Of a stretch of 64,000 bases of DNA, positions 1-11,933 are shown in pieces. The notes under the pieces are model-generated. The model was not told where the DNA came from and searched no databases. It worked only from the letters and a program-made list of their open reading frames with translations. The number at the start of each line of letters is the position of its first letter. Positions within the stretch are counted from its first letter, which is position 1. Made by a program: the position numbers and the translations under genes. Source of the DNA: Dendrobates tinctorius (Eukaryota); contig NW_027361688.1 in the NCBI RefSeq assembly GCF_039654945.1, positions 8,680,001 to 8,744,000 on the forward strand. The letters run 5' to 3'.

Positions 1-183
1 GTCATGAAGGTTGCTTTCTTCCATGATCTAAAAACCCATAAGTTTCTCTCTAGCATGCTATGTGCTGAAAGAGATAATCAGCCATGATAAGGGACCAGGT
101 TTATTTAGGTGAGTAGGTCAGAGATGGTTGGAATGCCTACTCATCATATCTCCAACTCAAGGGTGTGGCTGGGAAGTTAAATG

Positions 184-1459
184 TGTGGCACCCCTGAGGC
201 TTCAGTCGCCACAGAGGTACTGCACCTTCTCCTAAGGTGTAGTGCCCCACCATCCAGGTAAAGTGGGAACTCCTGACCGCACTCCACACCTGCACCCCAC
301 ACACAGGAGAGTTCAGCAGGGACCCATCCATGCTTTATGCTGGAAAGGTCATAGGGTGCCTTTTGTTGTCCCTGGCTTCGTAACACGAGAGGTGCTGGGG
401 AGGCGGCTGGAGTTAGCTATAAAAGAGTGGGAAGAGTGAAAGTTAACAGAGAGTTAGACAGTTGGTTAGAGGAGAGAGAAGAGAGAAGATGGGTGTCTGA
501 GGGACGTGCTGCAGCAGGTCCCAGTGATCTGGGCTGCTGGCACGAGAAAGACCAGAGAAAGAGACTGATAAGATCGTAACCTAACCTTCCATAAGAGAGA
601 TAGAACAGATCGGAACGAAGGAGAATAGAAGGACGGTGGGAAGCAGGTTGAGAAAGAGAGAGAACCCTTCCAGTCCAGAGCGCAAAGGCCGGGGCCCGGT
701 CCCCGAGGTTGATTGGATCTTTATGTCCGGCAACAGACACCGGAGGAGTAGTGAGCCGCTAACGCCTTGCTCCCATCATAGACTTGGGACACAACAGCAA
801 CTGAATAGAGAGCCGGGACGCAGTGAGAAGTCCCTAAAGCAGGCTACAGCTGTCTGTCATAGAAGTAAAGACTAGGAACACCTAGAGAGAGGCATTCCAG
901 GGTAACTAAGTACTGCAGTGCTTCGCACCTAAAGGCACAATGGAGGAGTCGTTCAGTAAGGTACATATTGGCGGAGTGTGGAAGGGAGAACCCTATCTGG
1001 CCTGGAGGTTGGCTGGAGCCCTGACCCGGAGAACACAGTGCGGAGGCAGGCAGTTGTGTGAACTGCAAACAGTGAGTAAAGCCTTGGAACCGCACACCCT
1101 GGTGTCCTCCAGTTATTCCAGCACCGCCACATCTGGGTAACAACATCTATACCTTTCTGCGCCTCTCCTCATCCATTGCACCTACACTGCCCTGGGACTA
1201 CAGCTCCACCTGTGGGGAGCTACACCATCTTTGCTGCACCACACCATCAGTCCCAGTGGATCTGCATGCAGCGTTGGCTCATGCCACCACGGGTGGCGTC
1301 ACAAACTATTCTAATAAACTCTAACACCATTAACATCTCCGCCATTGACATTGGGCGCCCAGGGCCACAGGCTGGGTCACCGCTGCTGTGACACATTCCC
1401 GCCTTGACACCGTCCCGGTACCGAGTACCCCGCTGCTCTGGGTGTGCGAGGGCGACCCA
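184..1459 (+). mobile_element. Solo LTR, Gypsy-type
   Basis: TG...CA termini (TGTGGCACCC...GGGCGACCCA), 4-bp TSD AATG (180-183, 1460-1463); 3' half homologous to 7210-8210. Confidence 0.8.
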
Positions 1460-1499
1460 AATGCTCAACCACTGTTTTTTTTCTGTGTTGTGGTTTGGA

Positions 1500-2140
1500 G
1501 AGGAAATTCTCCAGCTGTGGCCCTAGGAGGAGCAGAAGAGACATATGAGCAGGCAAACCATTCAGACATAAGGACTTCACTCTGATTTATCTTTTGCTTT
1601 GCTGTTATGCCAGAAATGCCATGTTTACTTTACTGGACCCTCCTATGGTTTATGTTGTTCCATAATAAACCAGCAGGTGAGTTACCTAAGAAGTGTTTCT
1701 ATGTTTACTTCGGAAAGCAGCAGAGTCAACCCCTCGCACTTTATAGAAGCTGTAGACTGGCTTTACCGATGTATCTGGCAAAAGTCTTTTTTACCATTCT
1801 GACTCCATAACAAGGCTGCAAGTGTAGGGTGCTGGAGACACCTTTTCTAGGCTGCCTGTATGAAACAATACTTACACAAACATATATCATCAGATAGCTT
1901 GAACTCGACTGCAGGAGGCACATATGAAGATTCCAGAAGAAGGTTAATTTTCCAGCTGAATTCTTGCTGTTGTGCACAAATACAATACAGTATGTAAAAA
2001 ATAATTTTCTGAACCCGAGCTGCAAACACATGAGCTTCTAAGATGGCTGATAGACAGAGAATGAAGACAAAGGGAGGGGTTACTGACATCAGAGCTCAAG
2101 GGAAAAAGGAAGGACAAACTTCTAAAGAGAGGCAAACCTT
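1500..2140 (-). mobile_element. Highly decayed L2/CR1-like LINE RT relic (boundaries approximate)
   Basis: Minus-strand peptide LQLGFRKLFFTYCIVFVHN resembles the QSGFRxxHST..L..VxND motif of L2/CR1 RTs; no intact ORF. Confidence 0.3.
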
Positions 2141-2364
2141 ATTGCATTGCAATGAAACAGCATAATATAATGACACAATGATAATACAATACTGTCTTTA
2201 TGGTTCCCAAATCATGGGACATGAGAGGGTCAGTGGCTTCAGGAAACACTACAAGATTTAAGGAGGGTCAGGTAGTAAATATATTTTATATCATAGAAGA
2301 GCAGAAAAATGTTTACCGTAAAACGTAGTTTAAAAACAGGTCATTTTCTGGTGCTACGTTGCCT

Positions 2365-3969
2365 TTAAGTTCTAATCCTCACCCAGCTATCTAAATAGCG
2401 TCCGAAAAAATGTTCCCCAAATACACATAATGCAGCATGAAGGGGCTCCGTGAAGGTGGCAGTGAAGGTGTGTAAGTGTCTGATGGGGTCACACAGCTCA
2501 TAAAAGGACAACTGCCCGGCCCCATAATCCAGACATATCCTGACTCTATCACTGGAGATCTTGTCAGGTAACCGGATCTCATTCCTGTCATGTATCATTG
2601 AGTACTGATACTTGTATCTCCACAAACTCCAGGACTTGTTATCATTTCCAATGTATGATCGACCTCCCCTCCTGTCTATACTGGGGTAACACATCCCCAC
2701 CCTCCAACCCCCTGATCTACTGCTCTCCACATCCCAGTAATGTCGTCCTGAGGTAAATCCCCTCCTGCTCATCACCTGATAATACTGGAATCTCTCTGCT
2801 GTTTCTGGACGTTTCTGTTTCTCTCGTGTCCCGGTTGCAGTTTTCAGGTCGTCTGATATAAGGATATTATTAGCAGCTGTGGTTACATCCAGTAATATGT
2901 CTGCAGGATCCTCCACATAGATCCCGCTCCTTATACCTGATATTACGTCACATAATGTGTGTAATGTGTGTGAGATCACAGCCACATCCAGGTCATCTCC
3001 ATCATGGGGCTGTTTATCATGTTCCCCTGGGTCCTCATCACCTCCCTCCTCCTCAGGATCACACAAGTCACCGGTCTCTGGTTCCTGTAGGACAGTCAGT
3101 GGATCCGTCATGTTACACAGCTCCTCAATGTGTCTCATCTTCCTGGACAGCTCGTCCTTCTTTATTTCCAGCTGATGGATCAGAGCAGACAGTGACAGTG
3201 ACTCTTCCTTTTCCTGCCTGGAGATCTCACTCAGGACCTTCTTCTCCAGGTCGTCCACCCGTCTCTTGATGTCTGTACACAGGGCAGTGACGCTCTCGGC
3301 TTCTCCAGCTGCTTTCTCTTGAGCTTTTCTCCTGCGCTCCTCCAGACTCCGGACTCTTTCCTCAGTCTCCGCTCTCTTTGTGGTCATTTTCTGTAGAACA
3401 TTTCCCAGTTTTTTTTTCTTCTTCTTCCAGGCCTCATCCAGTGACTCCATTTTATGTCCATTATGTTCCTCAATCAAACTGCAGGACACACAGATACAAG
3501 CAGCGTCCTCAGTGCAGTAATATTCCAGGATCTTCTTGTGGACAGAACATTTCCTTTTCTCCAGATTAGTGCTGGGATCAGATAAGACGTGTTCTGGTGA
3601 TTTGCTGTGAGCTCTCAGGTGTTTATCACACAGAGAAGCCTCACAGTGTAGACAGGATCTAACAGCAGGTACCGGAGAGTCCACACAGTAAGTGCAGCAG
3701 ATCCCGGTGATCTCCTCTTGTTCTTGCTGAGTAATCAGGAAACGTTCTGCGACATTATGGAGATTTATGTTCCTCATCAGTGCCGGCCGCACTCGAAACT
3801 TTTCTCTGCAGTCAGGACAGGAATAAACTCCAGACCCGTCCTGTGTATCCAGCACACGATCAATACAGACCCGGCAGAAGTTGTGTCCACATCTCAGCGT
3901 TACAGGATCTGTAAAAATAGATAAACAGATGGAGCAGAGCAGCTCGTCTCTCAGAATATCGGACGCCAT
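2365..3969 (-). CDS. TRIM25/finTRIM-like E3 ubiquitin ligase, RING-Bbox1-Bbox2-CC-PRY/SPRY (copy 1), 534 aa, intronless CDS
   Basis: RING CSIC...CGHNFCRVC...CPDC; B-boxes SCLHCEASLCDKHL and CSVHKKILEYYC; PRY LDVTTA; SPRY GRHYWDVE and RICLDYGAGQLSFY; Kozak gccATGG. Confidence 0.95.
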   Translation of the reverse strand: MASDILRDELLCSICLSIFTDPVTLRCGHNFCRVCIDRVLDTQDGSGVYSCPDCREKFRVRPALMRNINLHNVAERFLITQQEQEEITGICCTYCVDSPVPAVRSCLHCEASLCDKHLRAHSKSPEHVLSDPSTNLEKRKCSVHKKILEYYCTEDAACICVSCSLIEEHNGHKMESLDEAWKKKKKKLGNVLQKMTTKRAETEERVRSLEERRRKAQEKAAGEAESVTALCTDIKRRVDDLEKKVLSEISRQEKEESLSLSALIHQLEIKKDELSRKMRHIEELCNMTDPLTVLQEPETGDLCDPEEEGGDEDPGEHDKQPHDGDDLDVAVISHTLHTLCDVISGIRSGIYVEDPADILLDVTTAANNILISDDLKTATGTREKQKRPETAERFQYYQVMSRRGFTSGRHYWDVESSRSGGWRVGMCYPSIDRRGGRSYIGNDNKSWSLWRYKYQYSMIHDRNEIRLPDKISSDRVRICLDYGAGQLSFYELCDPIRHLHTFTATFTEPLHAALCVFGEHFFGRYLDSWVRIRT

Positions 3970-3979
3970 GGCTGTCGGA

Positions 3980-3991
3980 AGAAATGAAACT
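3980..3991. promoter_or_regulatory. Candidate ISRE/IRF element just 5' of the copy 1 start codon
   Basis: AGAAATGAAACT fits the GAAAN(1-2)GAAACT ISRE consensus; same motif at 59188-59199 before copy 4. Confidence 0.45.
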
Positions 3992-4687
3992 AAATGCTAT
4001 GAGGCAGGATGAACAGTAAAGTCTTAGTTACACCCTTTTTACTTAACTCTTTAGTGATGCAGCATTTATTTTTTCATCGCTTCATGGTAAAAGCCATGGT
4101 TGTACTATTGTTCCATCAATGTAGCCGTATTATTGCTATTTTTAATTGAATAAGTTGGAAATTGTAAAGTCTAACAAAAGAAGGAATTAATTAAGCTGAA
4201 AATATCCTAATATCAAGACTGTTGTCGGGTGTCCCGAGATCCCTGTCCCTAATGCTAGGGCCACCCTAGCTCACCCTGCTCCCTGGGTTACTTCTGATGG
4301 TGAAGACGCCGGAGTCACGTACCGTGCCTTGGCTCCTGAATCCACCCTCAGTCTGTACCCTTCCCCCATCCAGGGAATAGGAGAGTAGTTGTATACCATA
4401 GTACTCCGTCCAGACTTAAAGGGGTTGTCCGGGCTTTTCACAAAATCTCAGTACATATCTGGGCTGCAGAATGGTGAAAATAAGTAATTTACCTCCTGTC
4501 ACCAGTTTGCAGGGTTTTCTAGATATCACTCTTGCTTCTGATCAGAACGTCCAAGGGGGGGGTGTGTTCTGGCATTGAAATGAGAACTGGTCGTTTCCTC
4601 CTACTCTACTAAAAACCTGCCCTCTATAGCAACAACCACACCCTCCATAGCAACAGGCCCTCCCCGTCCCACATGAACAAGCCCTCC

Positions 4688-4909
4688 TCACACAGTAACA
4701 AATCCTCCGCTCCATTCCCCCCCCCCTCCACACCGGTCCGGTCTCACCCGGTCTTCACACTTTATCAGCCTGGTCGCATGAACATCAGATGGTGGTACCC
4801 ACATTCTCTCATTACCATATCCCATCCATTGTATCAGATACTGAAGCAACCAACGAACTAAGTGAGAATCAACAATCTTGGCTATTTGAAATTCCAAATT
4901 TCCATCCAC
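4688..4909 (-). mobile_element. Gypsy (chromovirus) integrase C-terminal chromodomain relic
   Basis: Peptide EFQIAKIVDS...LQYLIQWMGYGNERMWVPPSDVHATRLI matches the chromodomain pattern; followed by a G-rich PPT-like tract on the minus strand. Confidence 0.7.
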
Positions 4910-5531
4910 AGCGGGTATCCAAGAGCCGCGCGGGTCTTAGATACCCGCTGTTTACCTTGGAAACCAGCTTGCTCGCTGGTCCTGATCGCTGGTGAGTCTG
5001 TCTATGTGACAGGTCACCAGCGATCAGCCTAACTATGTCCCAGCGATCCCATCCATGTCAGATCTTTGGTGGGATCGCTGGGACATCGTTGTGTGTAACA
5101 GGGCCTTAAGACATAACATACACTATAACAAAACAAACAGGTGTAGATCAATAATGTCACATTAGGGAAGGGGGAACAAAATTTTGGAAAAATTACCTGT
5201 CTCCTGATTTCCCTTTTCCCCGGTGAGGGCTTAGCAAAATGTTTACAAAAATACTAATTTGTGAGTGAAGAATTCAGCCTAACCTCTCCCGGGGTCTTCC
5301 TCAAACGACCAGCTAGGAAAAAGTGCTGTATTAAGGGGGAGGTGGGGTGTCATGAAGTACATCAGAACTCGGAGAGGAGGGGAATCACATTGTCCCTTGC
5401 TCGCCGCCCAACAATAATGAGATTAAAATAGTGTATGAGAGAAGATAAATGCATGTTAACTTAAAGCATTTCTATGCAAAAAAATCTCAGTCAGAAATCC
5501 AACATTGGTAAACAAGAGAAATTAATACATA

Positions 5532-7157
5532 CAGTGCCTTGCAAAAGTATTCGGCCCCCTGGAACTTTTCAACCTTTTCCCACATATCATGCTTCAAACA
5601 TAAAGATACCAAATGTAAATTTTTGGTGAAGAATCAACAACAAGTGGGACACAATTGTGAAGTTGATCGAAATGTATTGGTTATTTTAAATTTTTGCGGA
5701 AATTAAAAAACTGAAAAGTGGGGTGTGCAATATTATTCTGCCCCTTTAACTTAATACTTTGTTGCGCCACCTTTTGCGGTGATTACAGCTGCAAGTCGCT
5801 TGGGGTATGTCTCTATCAGTTTTGTACATCGAGAGACTGAAATTCTTGCCCATTCTTCCTTGGCAAACAGCTCGAGCTCAGTGAGGTTGGATGGAGATCG
5901 TTTGTGAACAGCAGTTTTCAGCTCTTTCCACAGATTCTCGATTGGATTCAGGTCTGGACTTTGACTTGGCCATTCTAACACCTGGATACGTTTATTTGTG
6001 AACCATTCCATTGTAGATTTTGCTTCATGTTTGGGATCATTGTCTTGTTGGAAGACTAATCTCCGTCCCAGTCTCAGGTCTTTTGCAGACTCCAACAGGT
6101 TTTCTTCAAGAATGGTCCTGTATTTGGCTCCATCCATCTTCCCATCAATTTTTACCATCTTCCCTGTCCCTGCTGAAGAAAAGCAGCCCCAAACCATGAT
6201 GCTGCCACCACGTTTGACAGTAGGGATGGTGTGTTCAGGGTGATGAGCTGTGTTGCCTTTACGCCAAACATATCGTTTGGCATTGTTGCCAAAAAGTTTG
6301 GATTTTGGTTTCATCTGACCAGAGCACCTTCTTCCACATGTTTGGTGTGTCTCCCAGGTGGCTTGTTGCAAACTTTAAATGCCACTTTTTATGGATATCT
6401 TTGAGAAATGGCTTTCTTCTTGCCGCTCTTCCATAAAGGCCAGATTTGTGCAGTGTATGACTGATTGTTGTCCTATGGACAGACTGTCCCACCTCAGCTG
6501 TAGGTCTCTGCAGTTCATCCAGAGTGATCATGGGCCTCTTGGCTGCATCTCTGGTCAGTCTTCTCCTTCATTTAGATGAAAGTTTAGAGGGACGGCCGGG
6601 TCTTGGTAGATTTGCAGTGGTATGATACTCCTTCCATTTCAATATGATCGCTTACACAGTGCTCCTTGGGATGTTTAAAGTTTTGGAAATCATTTTGTGT
6701 CCAAATCCGGCTTTAATCTTCTCCACAACAGTATCACAGACCTGCCTGTTGTGTTCCTTGGTCTTCATGATGCTCTCTGTGCACCAAACAGAACCCTGAG
6801 ACTATCACAGAGCAGGTGCATTTATACAGAGATTTAATAACACACAGGTGGTTTATATTTATCATCATTAATCATTTAGAACAATATTGGATCATTCAGA
6901 GATCCACAATGAACTTGTGGAGTGAGTTTGCTGCACTGAAAGTAAAGGGGCCGAATAATATTGCACGCCCCACTTTTCAGTTTTTTAAAATTCCACAAAA
7001 ATTTAAAATAACCAATACATTTTGTTCAACTTCACAATTGTGTCCCTCTTGTTGATTCTTCACCAAAAATTTACATTTGGTATTTTTATGTTTGAAGCAT
7101 GATATGTGGGAAAAGGTTGAAAAGTTCCATGAGGCAGAATACTTTCGCAAGGCACTG
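5532..7157 (-). mobile_element. Full-length Tc1 transposon, inactive
   Basis: ~220-bp TIRs starting CAGTGCCTTGC, TA TSDs at 5530-5531 and 7158-7159. Confidence 0.93.
5751..6768 (-). pseudogene. Tc1 DD34E transposase with premature stop and frameshift
   Basis: Starts MKTKEH; motifs [28 protein letters not shown] split over ORFs 6259-6531 and 5751-6371. Confidence 0.9.
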
Positions 7158-7209
7158 TAGGGGAAGGATAGTGTCACCAATGTCGTGAGATCAAGTAAAA
7201 GCACAATTC

Positions 7210-8210
7210 TGTGGCGCCCCCAGGAGTATGGTCGCCACACTGGCTTTGCCTTCCTCCAGGGAGGGTGAGGTCATGCTTGGAAGCAGTGAAGGGTCTCTCT
7301 CGCAGTTAACCTATACATGCAACACAGTTCCATTCCAGGCCAGCAGGGGGAACTCTGAACCGGAATTGAGGGGAGGAGTGCTCTCTGGGGGCCAAGAGGA
7401 AGGAGTGGTCAGTTAGTGTGAGGAGGTACACAGGTGCAGACTTGTGAAGAGAAGCTGGAGGTTGAGCTGAGGAAGGAGAGCTCCCTCACGGTGAGAGCGC
7501 ATGAACTGGAGCCTGGTCTCCACGGTTGTATGGATACTAACGGTCCTGCAACAGAAACCAGAGGAGTAGGAGGCTGTAAATGCCCTACTCTCATCTAAGA
7601 CTCGGAGACACAACAGCACGGAGTGAGCCAAGAGAGGAATACGGCTACAGCTGTCTGCCATACGAGGTAGTTCTAAGAGACAAGAAGAGAATTAGGAGTA
7701 TCTTCAGTGTAACTCAGTACTAGGAGTACTTCATTCAAATAAGCACTAGGAAGGAGACTGCACAGCCCGTCTGCTGAGAGAGAATCCTGAGCTGCTTCCA
7801 GGCTAGCCTACTCTGATGCCATCTGTAATCAGGATCCTGGACAGCAGTTATCAAATAAAGGTACAGAAATTGCACCCTGCTGTGTCTCTGTCTGCTTCCT
7901 ACCCTTCTGGCACTGCTACATCCCCGTGTCAACTACATCTACACTGCCCTGGGACTACAGCTTCACCTGTGAGGAGCTTTCACATCTTTGCTGCACCATA
8001 CCATCAGTCCCAGTGGATCTGCATGCAGCGTCGGCTTAACATCTCACTTGCCGAACACCACAGGTGGCGTCATGAACTATTCCATTACACCATTTCAATT
8101 CCCCCATTGCTTGGGCGTCCAGGGCCACGGACCGGGTCACTGCTGCTGTGACACATCCCGTTGACACCGGCCCGGTACCGAGTAGCCCACAGCCCTGGGA
8201 GGGCGACCCA
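7210..8210 (+). mobile_element. Solo LTR, same family as 184-1459
   Basis: TGTGGCGCCC...GGGCGACCCA termini, 4-bp TSD ATTC (7206-7209, 8211-8214); internal AATAAA. Confidence 0.85.
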
Positions 8211-8299
8211 ATTCCTCAGCTCGGGTCAGGCTGTGTTGCTTCTCGTGGTGAGGAACAGTTTTTCCTGTTGCTACTTGTTGCCAGATCGGTGAAGGTGCA

Positions 8300-9620
8300 G
8301 TGAAAGGAAGTTACAACTCCCAATCTGGAAGGCAAGGAGTAGGAATATTCAATTCAGTACAAAAAGTTGCCAGATCTCTGGGTGAGCATAGAGTCACTGG
8401 TCACCCATTTCTCATATCTGTAAAGGGTAAATGGGAAGTTCCACCTATATTGGAAGTTTTCGTTCCTTACAGCAAGAAGGAGGGGTCTTAGGAGTCTTCT
8501 TCTTTGAAGGGTAATTCAGGAGAGATCGGGGTATAGCTGAATAAGAGTTTCTTCAAATTAGATCTTGTGGAGCTTACGAGCTTTGGACAATATGAACTAT
8601 TTTAACTAAAAGTCGTGGACACAGCAGATTATATCCTGTGGTTGTGATTGAGACCTTTTGGGGTCTAGTGCTCTGTCCAACTTTATTTTATGGGAAGTTT
8701 GGTCCAGGATGGAATTGAATAACGATTCCAGTAGAGCATAAATATCCTCTGAACCTGTTGCTTCAGAAATATCTCTTACTCTGATATCGTTGGCTGGGTT
8801 TTCAAGGAGCTTATTTGTGTCATTTAAGGCCTTAGGGTAAACGGCGACATGACTCTGTAGCTTTTAGATGTATTGTTTGGGAACGACATTCTCTGTTTCC
8901 ATGAAGTCCACTCTGAGCACGAGAAGTTATACATCCTGACGCATGGAATTATTTTCTGCTCTGCAGGCATCCTTTACCTCAGAGACAAGGGATTTAAAGT
9001 CCTCTTTAGTAGGGAGATGACTGTTTCCTGAGAGGAAATCGATTTCTCTTAATGATGCCCCCAACTACGTATCGGGGGGTCTAACGAGGCTACTCATTTT
9101 TTTCCTAGTCCTCCCTTATGGGCAGATTGTTGTTGAAATTTTGATGGCATAGTAGTTCCGATGCGGATTTTTTGCAGTATAAGTGGAAGGGTAGAAGAAG
9201 TCTGAGTTTTAATTTATCCAAAAGGGGATATTCCCAATGGAGTATATAAAGGCCCAGGGAAGAAGCTTGCAGGTAATGGAGAGAGTGCGTGCTTGGTATC
9301 TCTCTCTTTCACTGCTGCACCTTATGGAGAATTAGCTGAGGGTTGTTGTCCTTTTAGTTGCAAGTCTAGTGAATGTATACGGGGAATGTCTGCATCACAT
9401 TGTGGCTCAAAGCTCAGAAGAGATTCCTCCTTGTTGCATCCCAGCAGAAGACAGGACGCCTTTGGCAAAAGTCTCGGTTCTGTTTCTGTAAAAATGTGAT
9501 GTTTTTTGTTGAGAAGTTTAGGGACACGTTCCCTTTACAAAGAACCAGTCTAGGGATGTTCAATGGATTGTTGATTGTTGTACTCTTGGGACTAATTCAG
9601 TCCTTCTCTCCTGGTTTTTT
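8300..9620 (-). mobile_element. Decayed L1-like LINE fragments (ORF1-like and endonuclease-like pieces)
   Basis: Minus-strand remnants resembling YRWxFP (ORF1p), and LNIP, FLQ, NYYA (APE endonuclease); many stops. Confidence 0.4.
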
Positions 9621-10494
9621 CTTGGCAAGTTAGTTTTAAATGCTGATGTGATTTCTTCTCTCTATGGACGGTGAGGAGGGGAATGGTGTTTCTACATATC
9701 CATCATGCCCAGTTACAAAGCATGCCTCTCTGGTCTATGAGATTTGATTTTCATGCAAACGTAATATATCAGAAGCCAACTTGTGGACCGGTATGGTTAA
9801 AGTGTAAGTCAATTTGATGCAGTAGCCAGAAAATGACAATGCAGTTACACGTAGTGCCACTAGGTGGTAGTAGAGCACTACAGATGATTAATTAATAGAA
9901 ACAATCTCCAAACCATAATCAGTTAATTTGTGGTGGCAAAAGTACCACCATGCTCAAAACTCAACATACAAGCAACGACTCATGGATTAAACTTGAAAAA
10001 AACCAGAGGAATGGAGTCTACGCTAATATGAAAAAATACAAATATTTTTATTGGTCATAAAATATGACATAAATATAGCAATAAGTATGAACAACACAAT
10101 AAGATAAACATACATGAGCAGAGAAAAAGTATAAGAGGGTAAAATTAGTAGACATTATAGTGACCTAAATACCCTAGATCTAGCAAATGACCTGCCCTCA
10201 TAGGAAAAGCATATAGGACGGGAATAGTAATAATAATTGTACCAATTGCCTATGAAAGAGAACAGTTCTAGATAAAAAAGACGTAATGCTAAACCCGAGA
10301 GTTTAGGGGCTTCCTAGGGAAAAATCCTAAAATAGTATACACTACATAGCCATATTAGACTCCACAATGAGACCAAGGGAGATCCATACACTGGGGAAGG
10401 CTAGCGAACTGTCCTCTGAAATTACATAAGGCATACTGAGAATAGGTCTGATAATAGCATTAGCAGCTGTGCATCATAATTAAATAATTACCCG

Positions 10495-10640
10495 TCATAT
10501 TGCAGATACGTAGGGGCAGGAAACATAAACCCCGACGCACGTTTCGGTGTGGATGTCCTTCTTCAGGGGGCGTGAAGGACATCCACACTGAAACGTGCGT
10601 CAGGGTTTATGTTTCCTGCCCCTACGTATCTGCAATATGA
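10495..10640. repeat. ~67-bp-arm inverted repeat (Penelope-like inverted terminus)
   Basis: 10495-10561 is the near-perfect reverse complement of 10574-10640. Confidence 0.9.
10530..10570 (-). ncRNA. Minimal type I hammerhead ribozyme, Penelope-type, weak stem II
   Basis: Minus strand CCCC-CUGAAGA-aggacauccacacc-GAAA-CGUGCG-UC-GGGG. Confidence 0.6.
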
Positions 10641-10891
10641 TAATATCTGCAATATCTCAGACCTTGACCCAGCTCTCATGCTTCTCCATCACAGCAACAT
10701 CCCTTTAAAAACATATAAATACTGAGACACTTGATCATGTCTGTCAGAGCATGTATTCCCCTGCTATGCAAAAGTAACACTATCCCAACAATCTCACTTT
10801 GGTACTCCAAAGTAAATGAGATTATGTTAATGGAGGAGCTCACCTCCATGATCAAATGATCAATAACTCCCATAATAAATTTTATAAAACA

Positions 10892-11933
10892 CTAGCTGAA
10901 GAGCCTGGCGCTGCCCGGGCATAGTAACTAACTGTGGTTAGTTATAACAAATTATAATGATTATCCTCCATCCCATAGTCCAGTGCCCATATACCCATCA
11001 TACACATCCTCCATCCCATAGTCCTGTGCCCATATACCATCATACATTTCCTCCATCCCATAGTCCTGTGCCCATATACCCATCATACAAATCCTCTATC
11101 CCATAGTCCCATGCCCATATACCCATCATACATATCCTCCATCCCATAGTCCCATGCCCAGATATCCATCATACATATCCTCCATCCTATAGTCCCATGC
11201 CCATATACCCATCATACATATCTCCTCCATTCCATAGTCCCATGCCCATATACCCATCATACATATCCTCTATCCCATAGTCCAGTGCCCATATACCCAT
11301 CATACATATCCTCCATCCCATAGTCCTGTGCCCATATACCCATCATACAAATCCTCTATCCCATAGTCCCATGCCCATATACCCATCATACATATCCTCC
11401 ATCCCATAGTCCCATGCCCAGATACCCATCATACATATCCTCCATCCTATAGTCCCATTCCCATATACCCATCATACATATCTCCTCCATCCCATAGTCC
11501 CATGCCCATATACCCATCATACATATCCTCCATCCCATAGTCCCATGCCCAGATACCCATCATACATATCCTCCATCCTATAGTCCCATGCCCATATACC
11601 CATCATACATATCTCCTCCATCCCATAGTCCCATGCCCATATACCCATCATACATATCCTCTATCCCATAGTCCCATGCCCAGATACCCATCATACATAT
11701 CCTCCATCCTATAGTCCCATGCCCATATACCCATCATACATATCTCCTCCATCCCATAGTCCCATGCCCATATACCCATCATACATATCCTCCATCCCAT
11801 AGTCCCATGCCCAGATACCCATCATACATATCCTCCATCCTATAGTCCCATGCCCATATACCCATCATACATATCTCCTCCATCCCATAGTCCCATGCCC
11901 ATATACCCATCATACATATCCTCTATCCCATAC
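10892..11933 (-). mobile_element. Non-autonomous Helitron 3' end carrying a minisatellite
   Basis: Minus strand ends with a GC hairpin (CCCGGGCAGCGCCAGG), then ~8 nt, then CTAG followed by T. Confidence 0.55.
10963..11933. repeat. 43/45-bp minisatellite, ~22 copies
   Basis: Unit ATCCTCCATCCCATAGTCCCATGCCCATATACCCATCATACAT. Confidence 0.95.

Noticed and set aside
2391-3924. Small overlapping and antisense ORFs repeated at each TRIM copy
   Set aside because: Shadow frames conserved only because the TRIM CDSs are near-identical
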